Assembly: GCF_900105015.1 (NCBI RefSeq)
Contig: NZ_FNLK01000008.1
Span: forward strand, 1 to 32,000
From: Schaalia meyeri
GTDB lineage: Bacteria; Actinomycetota; Actinomycetes; Actinomycetales; Actinomycetaceae
DNA length: 32,000 nt
Reading direction: 5' to 3'
In this document: one piece after another, positions 1 to 8,219 of the stretch
Layout of the letters: each line of letters starts with the position of its first letter
Numbering within the stretch: position 1 is the first letter of the stretch
Program-made: the position numbers and the translations under genes
The notes under the pieces: generated by a model
Databases searched by the model: none
The model's input: the letters and a program-made list of their open reading frames with translations, nothing else
Told to the model about the DNA's origin: nothing

Positions 1-184
1 CGACGGGTGGCGTGCGCGTACCAGCGCGTGGACGCGCACGGCCGCAAAAAGCTGAAAACGCAAGGGCGGGTGCGTGAAATAGGGGTCGGCGGCCCATCGA
101 TCGACGGCTCGTGAATACGCCTGCCGGATTCGTTCTCGCCCCGGTGGTCTCCCGCGTGCATAGGTTCAGCGTGTCGACGCGTGT

Positions 185-233
185 CCCCTGAAATTGGCGG
201 CGCTGGCTGCCCGGCCGCTGCCATTCTCAGGGG
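185..233 (+). terminator. Imperfect GC-rich hairpin followed by a T-rich tract. It may terminate an upstream + strand gene or belong to a structured leader.
   Basis: The closing stem is CCCCTGA (185-191) / TCAGGGG (227-233). Inner pairings are AAT/ATT and GGCGGCG/CGCTGCC (one G-T pair). Downstream lies TTTCTC...GTTGATTTTTGAGCTTTGCTTTTC. An alternative 5-bp helix, GGGGT (230-234) / ACCCC (245-249), competes for the same G run. Confidence 0.3.
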
Positions 234-364
234 TTTCTCAGGTGACCCCCGTTGATTTTTGAGCTTTGCTTTTCACAATGGGAGCGTGTTGCAGCCCCTC
301 GTCTCGGGCTGGCCGAGCGCGGTGGGGATCGCACGCCGCGTCAGGTCCCGGGACCGGGGGCTGC

Positions 365-389
365 GGTACGTCCGGATCCGGGTACGTCC
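365..389. repeat. Direct repeat GGTACGTCC x2 (365-373 and 381-389) flanking the palindrome CCGGATCCGG
   Basis: Exact 9-nt direct repeat with a 16-nt period, read directly. A third GTACGT lies at 437-442 and the 12-bp palindrome GGTCCCGGGACC at 344-355. All sit in the non-coding region upstream of the 464 CDS. Confidence 0.5.
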
Positions 390-451
390 AGTTTTGGTGC
401 GCGACTGCCCCGTTCTCCGCCGAACTATCGGTGTGCGTACGTGAACACGCT

Positions 452-457
452 TACAAT
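452..457 (+). promoter_or_regulatory. Candidate -10 hexamer TACAAT, placed to give a leaderless mRNA starting at ATG 464
   Basis: TACAAT fits the actinobacterial TANNNT -10 consensus. Exactly 6 nt (TGACGC) separate it from ATG 464, and no Shine-Dalgarno-like purine run lies upstream of that ATG. Confidence 0.35.
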
Positions 458-463
458 TGACGC

Positions 464-1156
464 ATGGGTATCCTCGTGATTCAGAACGACCCGATCGTCC
501 CGGCGGGTCAACTATCCGCCTTCCTGGGCGGCCACGAGGTGGTGCGCGCCTGGGAGGATCCGGCGCACATCCGCGAACTGTCCCGCGCGCCCCTGCCCGG
601 CGCGCTGGTCCTATTGGGCGGCCGCGCGAATTGCTACGACGACGCCGGCTGCCCCTGGTTGGAAGACGAGCGAAAGCTGATGCGCCGCTGCGTGTGCGCG
701 GGCGTACGGGTCCTCGGCATCTGCCTGGGCGCTCAGCTGATCGCCCAGACCTTCGGCGGGCGCGTGAGCGTGGGGGATATGGCGGGACCGGAGTACGGAG
801 CCTTGCCCCTGATGTGGGGCACGAACGACCAAGCGGGTGGCGGGGGCGCCGTCCCGCTGCGCATGGCCCTGGCCTCCACGCATGTCGTCTTCGCGGATCA
901 CGAGGACGCGATCGTCGCGCTCCCCCCGGGCGCGCGCGAGTGGGCCCGGTCGGACAAATACACGCAGATCTTTTCCTTCGGCACCGCGCTGGGCGTCCAG
1001 TTCCACCCCGAGGTCACGCGCGAGATCGCGATCGTCTGGGCGTCGAATAACGACGTCGTTGACACGGAGGATATCGTCGCCGGCTATGACGCCCACGAGG
1101 GTGAGCTGGCCTCGACGTGTAAGACGCTGGCTGAATGGGTGTCGGGGGTCTTCTAA
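464..1156 (+). CDS. Class I (type 1) glutamine amidotransferase-like protein
   Basis: 230-aa ORF. It has the nucleophile-elbow motif GICLGAQL and the downstream VQFHPE His/Glu pair typical of GATase1 (GuaA N-domain-like) proteins. Confidence 0.8.
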   Translation: MGILVIQNDPIVPAGQLSAFLGGHEVVRAWEDPAHIRELSRAPLPGALVLLGGRANCYDDAGCPWLEDERKLMRRCVCAGVRVLGICLGAQLIAQTFGGRVSVGDMAGPEYGALPLMWGTNDQAGGGGAVPLRMALASTHVVFADHEDAIVALPPGAREWARSDKYTQIFSFGTALGVQFHPEVTREIAIVWASNNDVVDTEDIVAGYDAHEGELASTCKTLAEWVSGVF

Positions 1157-1167
1157 ACACTCAAGAA

Positions 1168-1206
1168 TCGTGGTGCGGGCACCCCCACGCGGTACCCGCA
1201 CCACGA
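1168..1206. terminator. Hairpin between the convergent amidotransferase and manA genes
   Basis: TCGTGGTGCGGG (1168-1179) pairs with CCCGCACCACGA (1195-1206). It begins 12 nt after the TAA stop at 1154-1156. There is no clear U-tract. Confidence 0.45.
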
Positions 1207-1364
1207 CCAACCATCGGGCCTCGTCGCAGCGATGGAGATGAGGTCCGACCCTCATTCTAGGGCATACGCCACGAATAACAAGACTTTTTCACCAACCACT
1301 CCCGTCGTGCGGGAGACCGTGACAGCCCTGGCATCCACGGCACCGTTGCACCGGAAAAGGGCGT

Positions 1365-2582
1365 TCAGGGGGCCGCGACCTGCACAAAGGATCCGGTGCC
1401 CTGCGCCCAGACGCGCCGCTCGGCCGCCGAGATAAACGCCGCCTGGCCGCGGGTCAACTCGATGCTGTCGCCCCCCTGTTCCTCGCTCACGTGCAGACAC
1501 ACCGCACCCGACGTTGCGATCACGATGCGCGGCCCCTCGCCCGGCACCACGACCTCGTCACCGCGGGAAGCGTGCGCGCCCGGGGCCAGCGTCGTCACGG
1601 ACAGCTCGAACTCCTGGGCGGGAGCCAGGAAACGGTCCGTGGTCTGCGAGGGGTGCTCGGGGGCCACGCGCACGGGCGGCAGCGCCGAGAACTCGGTGAT
1701 CTCCACGAGCTGCGCGGAATCCACGTACTTGCGGGTCAGACCCGCGCGCACCACGTTATCCGAGGAGGCCATGACTTCGATGCCCAGACCCGACTGGTAG
1801 GCGTGGATCTGGCGCGGAGGAATGTACACAGCCTCGCCGGGTCGCAGCGACACGGGGTTCATGAGGAAGGCGACGATGATGCCCGGGTCCCCCGGGTGCT
1901 TCTCCCACAGGACGCTCACCAGCTCGTCCGTGCGCGGTGACGGCGAGGCGCCCGACGCCAGGCGCACGCGGCAGGCTGCGACGAACTCCGCGACGCGCTC
2001 GGGGGTCGCCGGGGAATCCTCGTCGAAGAGCCAGGTGGCCAGCGACCGCAGGCCACCGCGCACGGTCGACAGCTTCAGGCGGTGGCGCAGCCGTTCCGCT
2101 AGGTCCCCGTCCAAACCCACCAGCAGCTGTCGGGCTTTGCGCGGCACGCGGAATCCGACCAGCGCATGAAATTCGGTGAGCGCGTAGATCATCTCCGGCT
2201 TGTGGTTCATGTCCCGGTAGACGCGGCGCGTGTCCGTGCGTTCGATACCCAGGACTTCCTCACGCAGGTATCCCTCGCGCGCGATTTCCTTCGTCGGGTG
2301 CACCTGCAGCGAGAGGGTCTGGGCGGGGGCGATAATCTTCGCCAGGTAGGGCAGAGTGGGCCCAAAGGCGTACAGCAGCCCCCCGCCGAGCGCGCGCTTC
2401 GGGTCACGCCCGATGTGCTCCGAGAGGGTCTGCCCGTCCGCCAGCAGCGTTGGCCCGTCGGGGTGGGCTCCAAACCACACCTCGGACACCGGGTTGTCCC
2501 CGGCGGCAGCGCCCAGAAACTCGGGGATAGCGTTCGTGGATCCCCACGCGTCAGCTTTCGTCCAGCCGATCAGTCTTTCCAT
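1365..2582 (-). CDS. manA: Mannose-6-phosphate isomerase, class I
   Basis: 405-aa ORF. The N-terminus (AWGSTNAIPEFLG...VSEVWFGAHPDGP), LSLQVHP, and the length and layout match type I PMI. Confidence 0.9.
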   Translation of the reverse strand: MERLIGWTKADAWGSTNAIPEFLGAAAGDNPVSEVWFGAHPDGPTLLADGQTLSEHIGRDPKRALGGGLLYAFGPTLPYLAKIIAPAQTLSLQVHPTKEIAREGYLREEVLGIERTDTRRVYRDMNHKPEMIYALTEFHALVGFRVPRKARQLLVGLDGDLAERLRHRLKLSTVRGGLRSLATWLFDEDSPATPERVAEFVAACRVRLASGASPSPRTDELVSVLWEKHPGDPGIIVAFLMNPVSLRPGEAVYIPPRQIHAYQSGLGIEVMASSDNVVRAGLTRKYVDSAQLVEITEFSALPPVRVAPEHPSQTTDRFLAPAQEFELSVTTLAPGAHASRGDEVVVPGEGPRIVIATSGAVCLHVSEEQGGDSIELTRGQAAFISAAERRVWAQGTGSFVQVAAP

Positions 2583-2650
2583 AGGTGGAATCCTATCGGG
2601 TTAGCGGCGCGGGGGACCAGGCCGGTCCCCTTCCCCGCTTCGCGGCGGTC

Positions 2651-4414
2651 TCAGGCGCCGGGCCGGGTAATGTTCTCGCGCGCCTCAAGGGCCGCGAAAG
2701 CGCCCGGAATCGCGTGCAGCTCGACGTACGTGCCGGACTGGACAATGCGGCCGGAGTCCATGACGATAATCAGGTCCGCGTCGCGCACGGCGCTGATGCG
2801 ATGCGCGATCTCCACGATGGTCCGCCCGGCGCACAGGCGCGCGATCCCCTCACGCACTCGTTTCTCCGTGTCGGGGTCTACCTGGCTGGTGGCCTCGTCG
2901 AACACGTAGATCGCCGCGTCGCGGGCGAGCGCGCGGGCCAGGGCCAGTCGCTGGCGCTGTCCGCCCGAGAGGCGTTCGCCCATGTCGCCGACCACCGTGT
3001 CCAGGCCGTCCTTTTCGGTGGCGATCCAGTCCGTGAGATCGACGGCGGCCAGGACGCGGTCCAGGTCCTCTCCGGACGCGTCCGGCGCCGCGAGGAGGAG
3101 GTTGGCGCGCAGCGTGTCGTTGAACAGGTAGGGGCGTTGGGAGGCGGAGGCGACGGTGGATCGCAGGTCGTGCAGCGCCACGTCGGCGACGCTGGTGCCC
3201 CCGATTTTTACCTTCCCGCCAGCGGGATCCCAGGTGCGCGTGATGAGCGCGGCGAGGGTCGATTTGCCGGATCCGGACGCGCCGACGATGGCTGTTCGCT
3301 TGCCCGCGGGGATGCGGATGTTAACGCCGTCCAGGGCGACGGGGCCCGCAGCGGCCCGGTCCCCCTCGGCCGGGTAGGAGAAACTGACGTCCTCGAAGAG
3401 GATGTCGCCGGGGGTGAGGGGCAGGGGACGCCTCGGCTCCGCAACGGCGGGAACGCGGTCGGTGATCGTAAAGACCCGGGCGGCCGAAGCGAAGGCCTGG
3501 TCGAGGTCGGCGGCGAACTCCTCGACGGCCAGAACCGGCCCGAACGAACCCATCGCGATGCCCAGGGCCACCCCGGCCTGGGGCAGGGTCAGGGACTCGG
3601 CGATGACGTCGGAGCCTGCGACCAGGGCCACGGTTACGACACCCAGGGCCACGGCGGCCTGGTTGAGGCCTCGGCGCAAGGCGATCCACCGGCCCTGCGT
3701 GCCCATCGCCTCGCTGACGCGCTCCTCGATGGCTCTCATCTCGGCCTCACGGTGCTCCTGCGCCCCAAAGCTGAGGACCTCACGCACGCCCTGCACGGAG
3801 TCGGTGACGTGGGCCGCGAGAGCCCCGCGTCCCTCGCGCACTTCGCGCGCGGCGCGGGCGGTCGAGGCCGACCCGAGGAAGGGGACGACGGCTCCGACGA
3901 CGAGGAGGAAGGGTGCCAGCACCGCAGCGAGCGTCCAGGAGGTGGCGGCACCCATCCACGCGAGGGAGAGAATCGGAACGATCAGGGCGGTGGTGGCGGG
4001 GCCCAGCGTGTGAGCGAAGAAGACCTCTACTCGATCGATGTCCTTCGTCACCCGGTTCATGATGTCGCCCGAATCCAGGCGATCCGTGCCCGCGGGGGCC
4101 TGCGGTTCAAGCCGATCGTAGAAGTAGTTGCGCAGCATCGCCAGGGAGTGAAAGGCCACGAAATGCCCGGCGAACTGCTCCAGGTAGCGGGCCAGGCCTT
4201 TCAGGAGGCTAAGAGCCACGGCGCACGCGATGACCGGGTCGATGCGCCACGTCTGCTCCCCCGACGCCAGGCCTGCGACAGCCCAACCGCCCAGGGCAAA
4301 CAGCGCGACGCCGAGCATGAGGAAGACGATGCGCGCCGCGATGGAGGCCGCCAGCGGGAGCAGGACGCGCCGCGTGATCGAAAGGAGACGGAGGGCAAGT
4401 TGCCTGCGGTTCAT
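2651..4414 (-). CDS. cydC: ABC exporter, fused permease/ATPase, CydC-like (thiol reductant exporter family; specific assignment tentative)
   Basis: N-terminal multi-TM domain followed by an NBD with Walker A GASGSGKST, signature LSGGQRQR and Walker B IYVFDEATS. I place the start at ATG 4414 (MNRRQLALRLL...), which overlaps the upstream gene's TGA as ATGA (4411-4414). The 618-aa ORF-track start at 4507 is probably an upstream extension. Confidence 0.7.
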   Translation of the reverse strand: MNRRQLALRLLSITRRVLLPLAASIAARIVFLMLGVALFALGGWAVAGLASGEQTWRIDPVIACAVALSLLKGLARYLEQFAGHFVAFHSLAMLRNYFYDRLEPQAPAGTDRLDSGDIMNRVTKDIDRVEVFFAHTLGPATTALIVPILSLAWMGAATSWTLAAVLAPFLLVVGAVVPFLGSASTARAAREVREGRGALAAHVTDSVQGVREVLSFGAQEHREAEMRAIEERVSEAMGTQGRWIALRRGLNQAAVALGVVTVALVAGSDVIAESLTLPQAGVALGIAMGSFGPVLAVEEFAADLDQAFASAARVFTITDRVPAVAEPRRPLPLTPGDILFEDVSFSYPAEGDRAAAGPVALDGVNIRIPAGKRTAIVGASGSGKSTLAALITRTWDPAGGKVKIGGTSVADVALHDLRSTVASASQRPYLFNDTLRANLLLAAPDASGEDLDRVLAAVDLTDWIATEKDGLDTVVGDMGERLSGGQRQRLALARALARDAAIYVFDEATSQVDPDTEKRVREGIARLCAGRTIVEIAHRISAVRDADLIIVMDSGRIVQSGTYVELHAIPGAFAALEARENITRPGA

Positions 4415-6011
4415 CGGATCTTTCCCTCCTGCAGTCGAACGGTGCGCTCGGCGCCCTTGATCGTCGCCTCCCTGTGAGAGATCGTCAGGGTGGTGCGACC
4501 GGCACACACGGTATCCAGGGATGCCAGGATCTCGCGTTCGGAGGCCAGGTCCACGTGCGCGGTCGGCTCGTCCAGGATCATGATCGACGCGTTCTTTAAA
4601 ATCGCGCGGGCGATCGCGATGCGCTGGGCCTCCCCGCCGGATACGGCCAGGCCTCGCGCGCCCACGCGGGCGTTCAGCCCGCCGGGCAGGCGTTCAATGA
4701 ACTCACCCAGGTGCGCGGCGCGCAGGGCGTTGATGAGCTGAGGATCGGTCGCCGTGGGGGAAGCCAGGAGGAGGTTGTCACGCAGGGTCCCGGAAAAGAG
4801 GTAGGTGCTCTGTTCGACGACCGCCACCTGGGCGCGCGCCCAGGACAGGGGCGCGTCGGCGAGGTCGACGCCGTTGAGGCTCACGCTTCCGCGCGCGGGC
4901 CGCAGGAATCCCTGCAACAGGGCCGAGATGGTGGACTTACCGGCGCCCGAGGGGCCGGCCAGTGCGACGTGTTCGCCAGGGGAGACGGTCAGGTCGGCGC
5001 CCCGCAGGACGGGGGTGTTGGACCGGTAGGCGAAGCACACGTCCCGCAGGCGGATCTGGCCGGGCGCGGGCGGGATCGCGGGAGCAGAGGCCCCCGGGGA
5101 TCGCTGACGGGCGGGGGCTGCGACGTGAACTTCTTGATTTCCTTGGTCGCGGCGATGCCGCCCATGCCGATGTAAAAAAATTGTCCGATGCGGTCCAGGG
5201 GGTCCAGCATGATGGACGAGAGTAGGACCAGGGATACGCCCTGTCCGACGGTGATGGCGCCCTGTTCCTGGCGGATGAGCGCCAGCGACATGGCGCCGGT
5301 GATCATGCCGAGCGAGAAAACGGAGTCGATGACCAGCAGGATCAGCTGGTTTCCGGCCAGGTACCGCATGACTTTGGAGCGCACCTCTTCGGCGGCATCG
5401 GCGAGGCGGCTGCCCATCTCGCGCCCCGCGTTCATCAGGGCCAGGTCGCCCAGGCCCTGTATGGCGTCGAGTTCCTTCGCTGCCAGCTGGCGCGAGGCTC
5501 CGCGGTAGCGCGCGGAGACCGGCTTGAAGGCCTTGCGGAATCCCAAGACGGCGGCGGGGACCAGGGGGATGGCGACGGCCAGGAAGGCACCGGAGATGGG
5601 GTCGAGGGTGAGCGCGACGAAGACGACGACCAGGATGGGTGTGGTCAGCGAGGCGATCATGGGCATCAGGAAGATTCCCTTGTACGCGGCGGACCGTTCC
5701 ACGCCGTCGGTCGCGGAATTGACGATGCGCCCGGCGCGCTCGCTGGTGCGTTGCGAGGGACCCAGGGCAAAGACCTGGCGGATCATCGAGTGGCGCAGGG
5801 TGGGTTCCAGTTGGGTCATCTGGGCGCCGCCCAGGGCGCTCACCGCCCAGGCGAAGAAGCCGGAGCAGGCGGCTCCGGCGAGGGCGAGCCACCACGACGA
5901 CCAGGCATGGCCCCGGACCGCCTCGTCGATGCCCCAGCCGACTGACAGGTAGGCGAGGGCCAGGGCGAGGGCCGTAGCCCAGGAGCTCAGGACGACGATC
6001 ACGGGTTTCAT
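4411..6011 (-). pseudogene. cydD: CydD-like ABC exporter (permease/ATPase) split across two reading frames. This is an apparent 1-nt frameshift, or a sequence error.
   Basis: The TM domain is in the frame of ORF 4989..6035 (MKPVIVVLSSWATAL...IGMGGIAATKEIKKF). The NBD is in the frame of ORF 4411..5895 (PGQIRLRDVCFAY...GPSGAGKST...VSGGEAQR...ILDEPTAHVD). The span 4411..6011 is 1601 nt, which is 3n+2. The frame switch must lie between about 5050 and 5140, a stretch with C5/G4 (5091-5099) and G5 (5113-5117) runs. Confidence 0.6.
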
Positions 6012-6120
6012 CGTTCTCCCATCATGAGGATGCACACGACCACACTGCGAAGGATACCCTTAGTTGCGTTCTGACACGCTGTCACCAACGTGTGATGTTA
6101 CCTGTTTCCATACACAAAAC

Positions 6121-6156
6121 GGGTGCCTGTGCCCCATGAACGAGGCACAGGCGCCC
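6121..6156 (-). terminator. Intrinsic terminator of ilvE
   Basis: GGGTGCCTGTGCC (6121-6133) pairs with GGCACAGGCGCCC (6144-6156) with one G-T pair. It lies 15 nt past the ilvE stop and is followed on the minus strand by GTTTTGTGT. Confidence 0.6.
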
Positions 6157-6170
6157 ACGTGCGCATCCGC

Positions 6171-7319
6171 TCAGGCCAGGCGGTACGTCCACCCGTAGGG
6201 GTCGGCCGCGCGCCCCCACTGGATGTCAGTCAGCCGACGGTGAATCTGGCGGGTCTTGTCCCCCACGGGAAGCTCCACGTCGAAGTCATCGCTGCCCAGG
6301 CGCGTGATCGGCGTAACCATGGCGGCCGTGCCGCACGCGAAGACCTCGGCGACAGCGCCCGAGCAAATGCCCTCGATGACATCGGCGAGGACGATCTTTT
6401 CTTCGCGGACATCACCGCCCTCCTCACGAAGCATCCGCAAGATGGCACTGCGCGTGCAGCCTTCGAGGATGACGCCGGAAAGCTCGGGCGTGCGAACCGT
6501 GCCGTCAGCCATGACGACGAACATGTTCATGCCGCCCAGCTCCTCCAGGTACCTCCCCTCCCAGGTATCCAGGAAGCAAACCTGGGAAAATCCTCTCGCC
6601 TCTGCCCGGATCTGCGGGAGCAGGGACGCGGCGTAGTTGCCGCCCGTCTTGGCGCTGCCCGTGCCGCCGGGACCGGCGCGGTGGTACTCGTGTTCTACCC
6701 AGATCGCCACGCCCGACAGTCCGTTCTTAAAGTAGCGTCCGGAAGGAGACCCGATGACGTAGTAGTCGACGACGCCGGCGGGGTGAATGCCCACGAACTC
6801 CTCCGAGGCGAACATGAAGGGACGCAGGTACAGGGAGGCCCCCTCGGCCTCGGGCACCCACTTCAGGTCCGCGCGCACGTAATCCACCAGGGAGGCCACG
6901 AAATCCTCGCGGCGCATCTCGGGCAGGGCCAGGCGGCGCGCCGAGTGGTTGATGCGGGCCGCGTTGTAGCCGGGGCGAAAGGTCCACACGGAACCGTCCG
7001 CGCGCTTGTAGGCCTTGATGCCCTCAAAGACGGATTGGCTGTAGTGGAACACGGAGGCGCCGGGCACCAGGTTCAGCGGGCCGTAGGCGATGACGCCGTG
7101 ATCGGTCCAGCCGACCTCGCGGGTCCAACGCATGTGGGCCATGTGGTCCGTGAACTTCCTACCAAAGGCCAGCGTCGACATGATGTCCTCGTAGGTTTCT
7201 GGCGAGGCGGGGGCCGGGTTGGGGGTCAGCGGGAAACGACCGGCCAGCTCGTCGGCTGCGGGCAGCGCCAGGTCCGCGGACGCCTCAAGCTCCGTGGGAA
7301 TATGCTGGATTGATGCCAT
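6171..7319 (-). CDS. ilvE: Branched-chain amino acid aminotransferase
   Basis: The protein reads as a class IV aminotransferase (FDHMAHMRW..., GTGSAKTGGNYAASL, LEGCTR). I chose ATG 7319 (MASIQHIP...) because AGGAGG lies 6 nt upstream. The longer ORF to 7433 has no such support. Confidence 0.9.
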   Translation of the reverse strand: MASIQHIPTELEASADLALPAADELAGRFPLTPNPAPASPETYEDIMSTLAFGRKFTDHMAHMRWTREVGWTDHGVIAYGPLNLVPGASVFHYSQSVFEGIKAYKRADGSVWTFRPGYNAARINHSARRLALPEMRREDFVASLVDYVRADLKWVPEAEGASLYLRPFMFASEEFVGIHPAGVVDYYVIGSPSGRYFKNGLSGVAIWVEHEYHRAGPGGTGSAKTGGNYAASLLPQIRAEARGFSQVCFLDTWEGRYLEELGGMNMFVVMADGTVRTPELSGVILEGCTRSAILRMLREEGGDVREEKIVLADVIEGICSGAVAEVFACGTAAMVTPITRLGSDDFDVELPVGDKTRQIHRRLTDIQWGRAADPYGWTYRLA

Positions 7320-7637
7320 GAGACCTCCTGTGGTGGTGCGACGCACATGTGAGGACAGGATATGCCCGCGGTGAGCGTCGCGGCCGCCACATTTCGGCAT
7401 GTGGCCGACGCGCGCTCGTGTGGAAGTTTTCACGCCCGATTTGGCTCACGAAAGCCGCCCATTTTCTGTGGTCCATTCCCGCCTTCGCGCGCCGCGTCCG
7501 CCACGCTCCCAGCGAGTTTGCATCCGAAGGACGCGCACGAAGTGGTCCTCTCCGAATGCCTCGTCGGGCGATACGTGCCGGGTGTTGATCCTGCGATCGC
7601 GCCCGTGCCTCCCACGGCAACCGGATACGATCGACGT

Positions 7638-8153
7638 ATGACGACACTACCCGACTCCCTGATCACAGCCCTGCCCGCCCGCGAGCGCCGCTCCCCCGGC
7701 CTGGCTCTGGCCGACGGGCGCTGGCTCGCCGCCGCGCAGGCGGGACTCTACGTGTTCCCCTCCCCCGCGGCCGCCGAGGAGGGATCAGGCGGGAGTACAG
7801 GCAAGAACGAGCCCGCGCGTTTCCCGTGGTACGACGTGGCGCGGGCGCGCTGGGAGGCCGATGGGCAGCTCTTCGCACTGGAATGGGTGGATCCCTCCAG
7901 GCGGCCCCTGACGGGGAAAACCGAGGGAGACCCCGCTCAGTTCATGCGTCACGCGAGCGAGTACGTGAACCACTCGATCGTGCTGCACACCCAGGTGGAG
8001 GCCCCGGGCGGGACGACCATCACCGCGTGGGTGCGCCGCGGCGAGGAGGGGCTCTTCTCGGTCCTCACGGCCGACGGTTCGCTGGACGCCGCAGGCCGCC
8101 GAGCGGCGGACGCGCTCGAGACGAGCGTGCGCGAGGCGGTCGGCCTCGACTGA
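7638..8153 (+). CDS. Hypothetical protein (171 aa), no recognisable family
   Basis: ORF in the 7362..8153 frame. The ATG at 7638 is preceded by TACGAT (7626-7631) and 6 nt, giving a leaderless-type layout. The composition looks protein-like, but I recognise no motif. Confidence 0.5.
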   Translation: MTTLPDSLITALPARERRSPGLALADGRWLAAAQAGLYVFPSPAAAEEGSGGSTGKNEPARFPWYDVARARWEADGQLFALEWVDPSRRPLTGKTEGDPAQFMRHASEYVNHSIVLHTQVEAPGGTTITAWVRRGEEGLFSVLTADGSLDAAGRRAADALETSVREAVGLD

Positions 8154-8157
8154 GCGA

Positions 8158-8201
8158 GGCGCCCCCGCAACCCGCTTGGTGCAGCGGGACGCGGGGGCGC
8201 C
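8158..8201. terminator. Nested hairpin between convergent genes
   Basis: Outer stem GGCGCCCCCGC (8158-8168) / GCGGGGGCGCC (8191-8201). Inner stem CCCGCT / AGCGGG. It starts 5 nt after the TGA at 8151-8153. Confidence 0.5.
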
Positions 8202-8219
8202 GGTTGGGGCACGGAAACT

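Noticed and set aside
1-114. A possible 3' end of a + strand gene (frame 1 open from the window edge to TGA 112-114), and a minus-strand open frame running off the left edge from about 272
   Set aside because: Only about 37 codons are visible and there is no recognisable motif. The minus-strand frame translates to implausible sequence. Neither can be supported as a feature from this window alone.
2585-4477. 630-aa + strand ORF antisense to cydC. Similar long antisense or shadow ORFs occur at 6123..7313 (+), 9594..10910 (+), 13363..14913 (-), 16210..17577 (+), 18035..18937 (+), 22308..23570 (+), 25586..26476 (-) and 26613..27317 (-).
   Set aside because: Each fully overlaps a gene with strong family motifs on the opposite strand. 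Their translations are Arg/Gly/Pro/Asp-rich low-complexity strings with no motifs. Long stop-free antisense frames are expected at this GC content.
4989-5895. The upstream part (about 250 aa) of the 494-aa ORF 4411..5895 as a real N-terminal domain of the ATPase
   Set aside because: It is out of frame with, and completely overlaps, the clearly membrane-protein-like TM domain (ORF 4989..6035). Its sequence is Arg/Pro/His-rich nonsense. It is best explained by the frameshift described in the findings.
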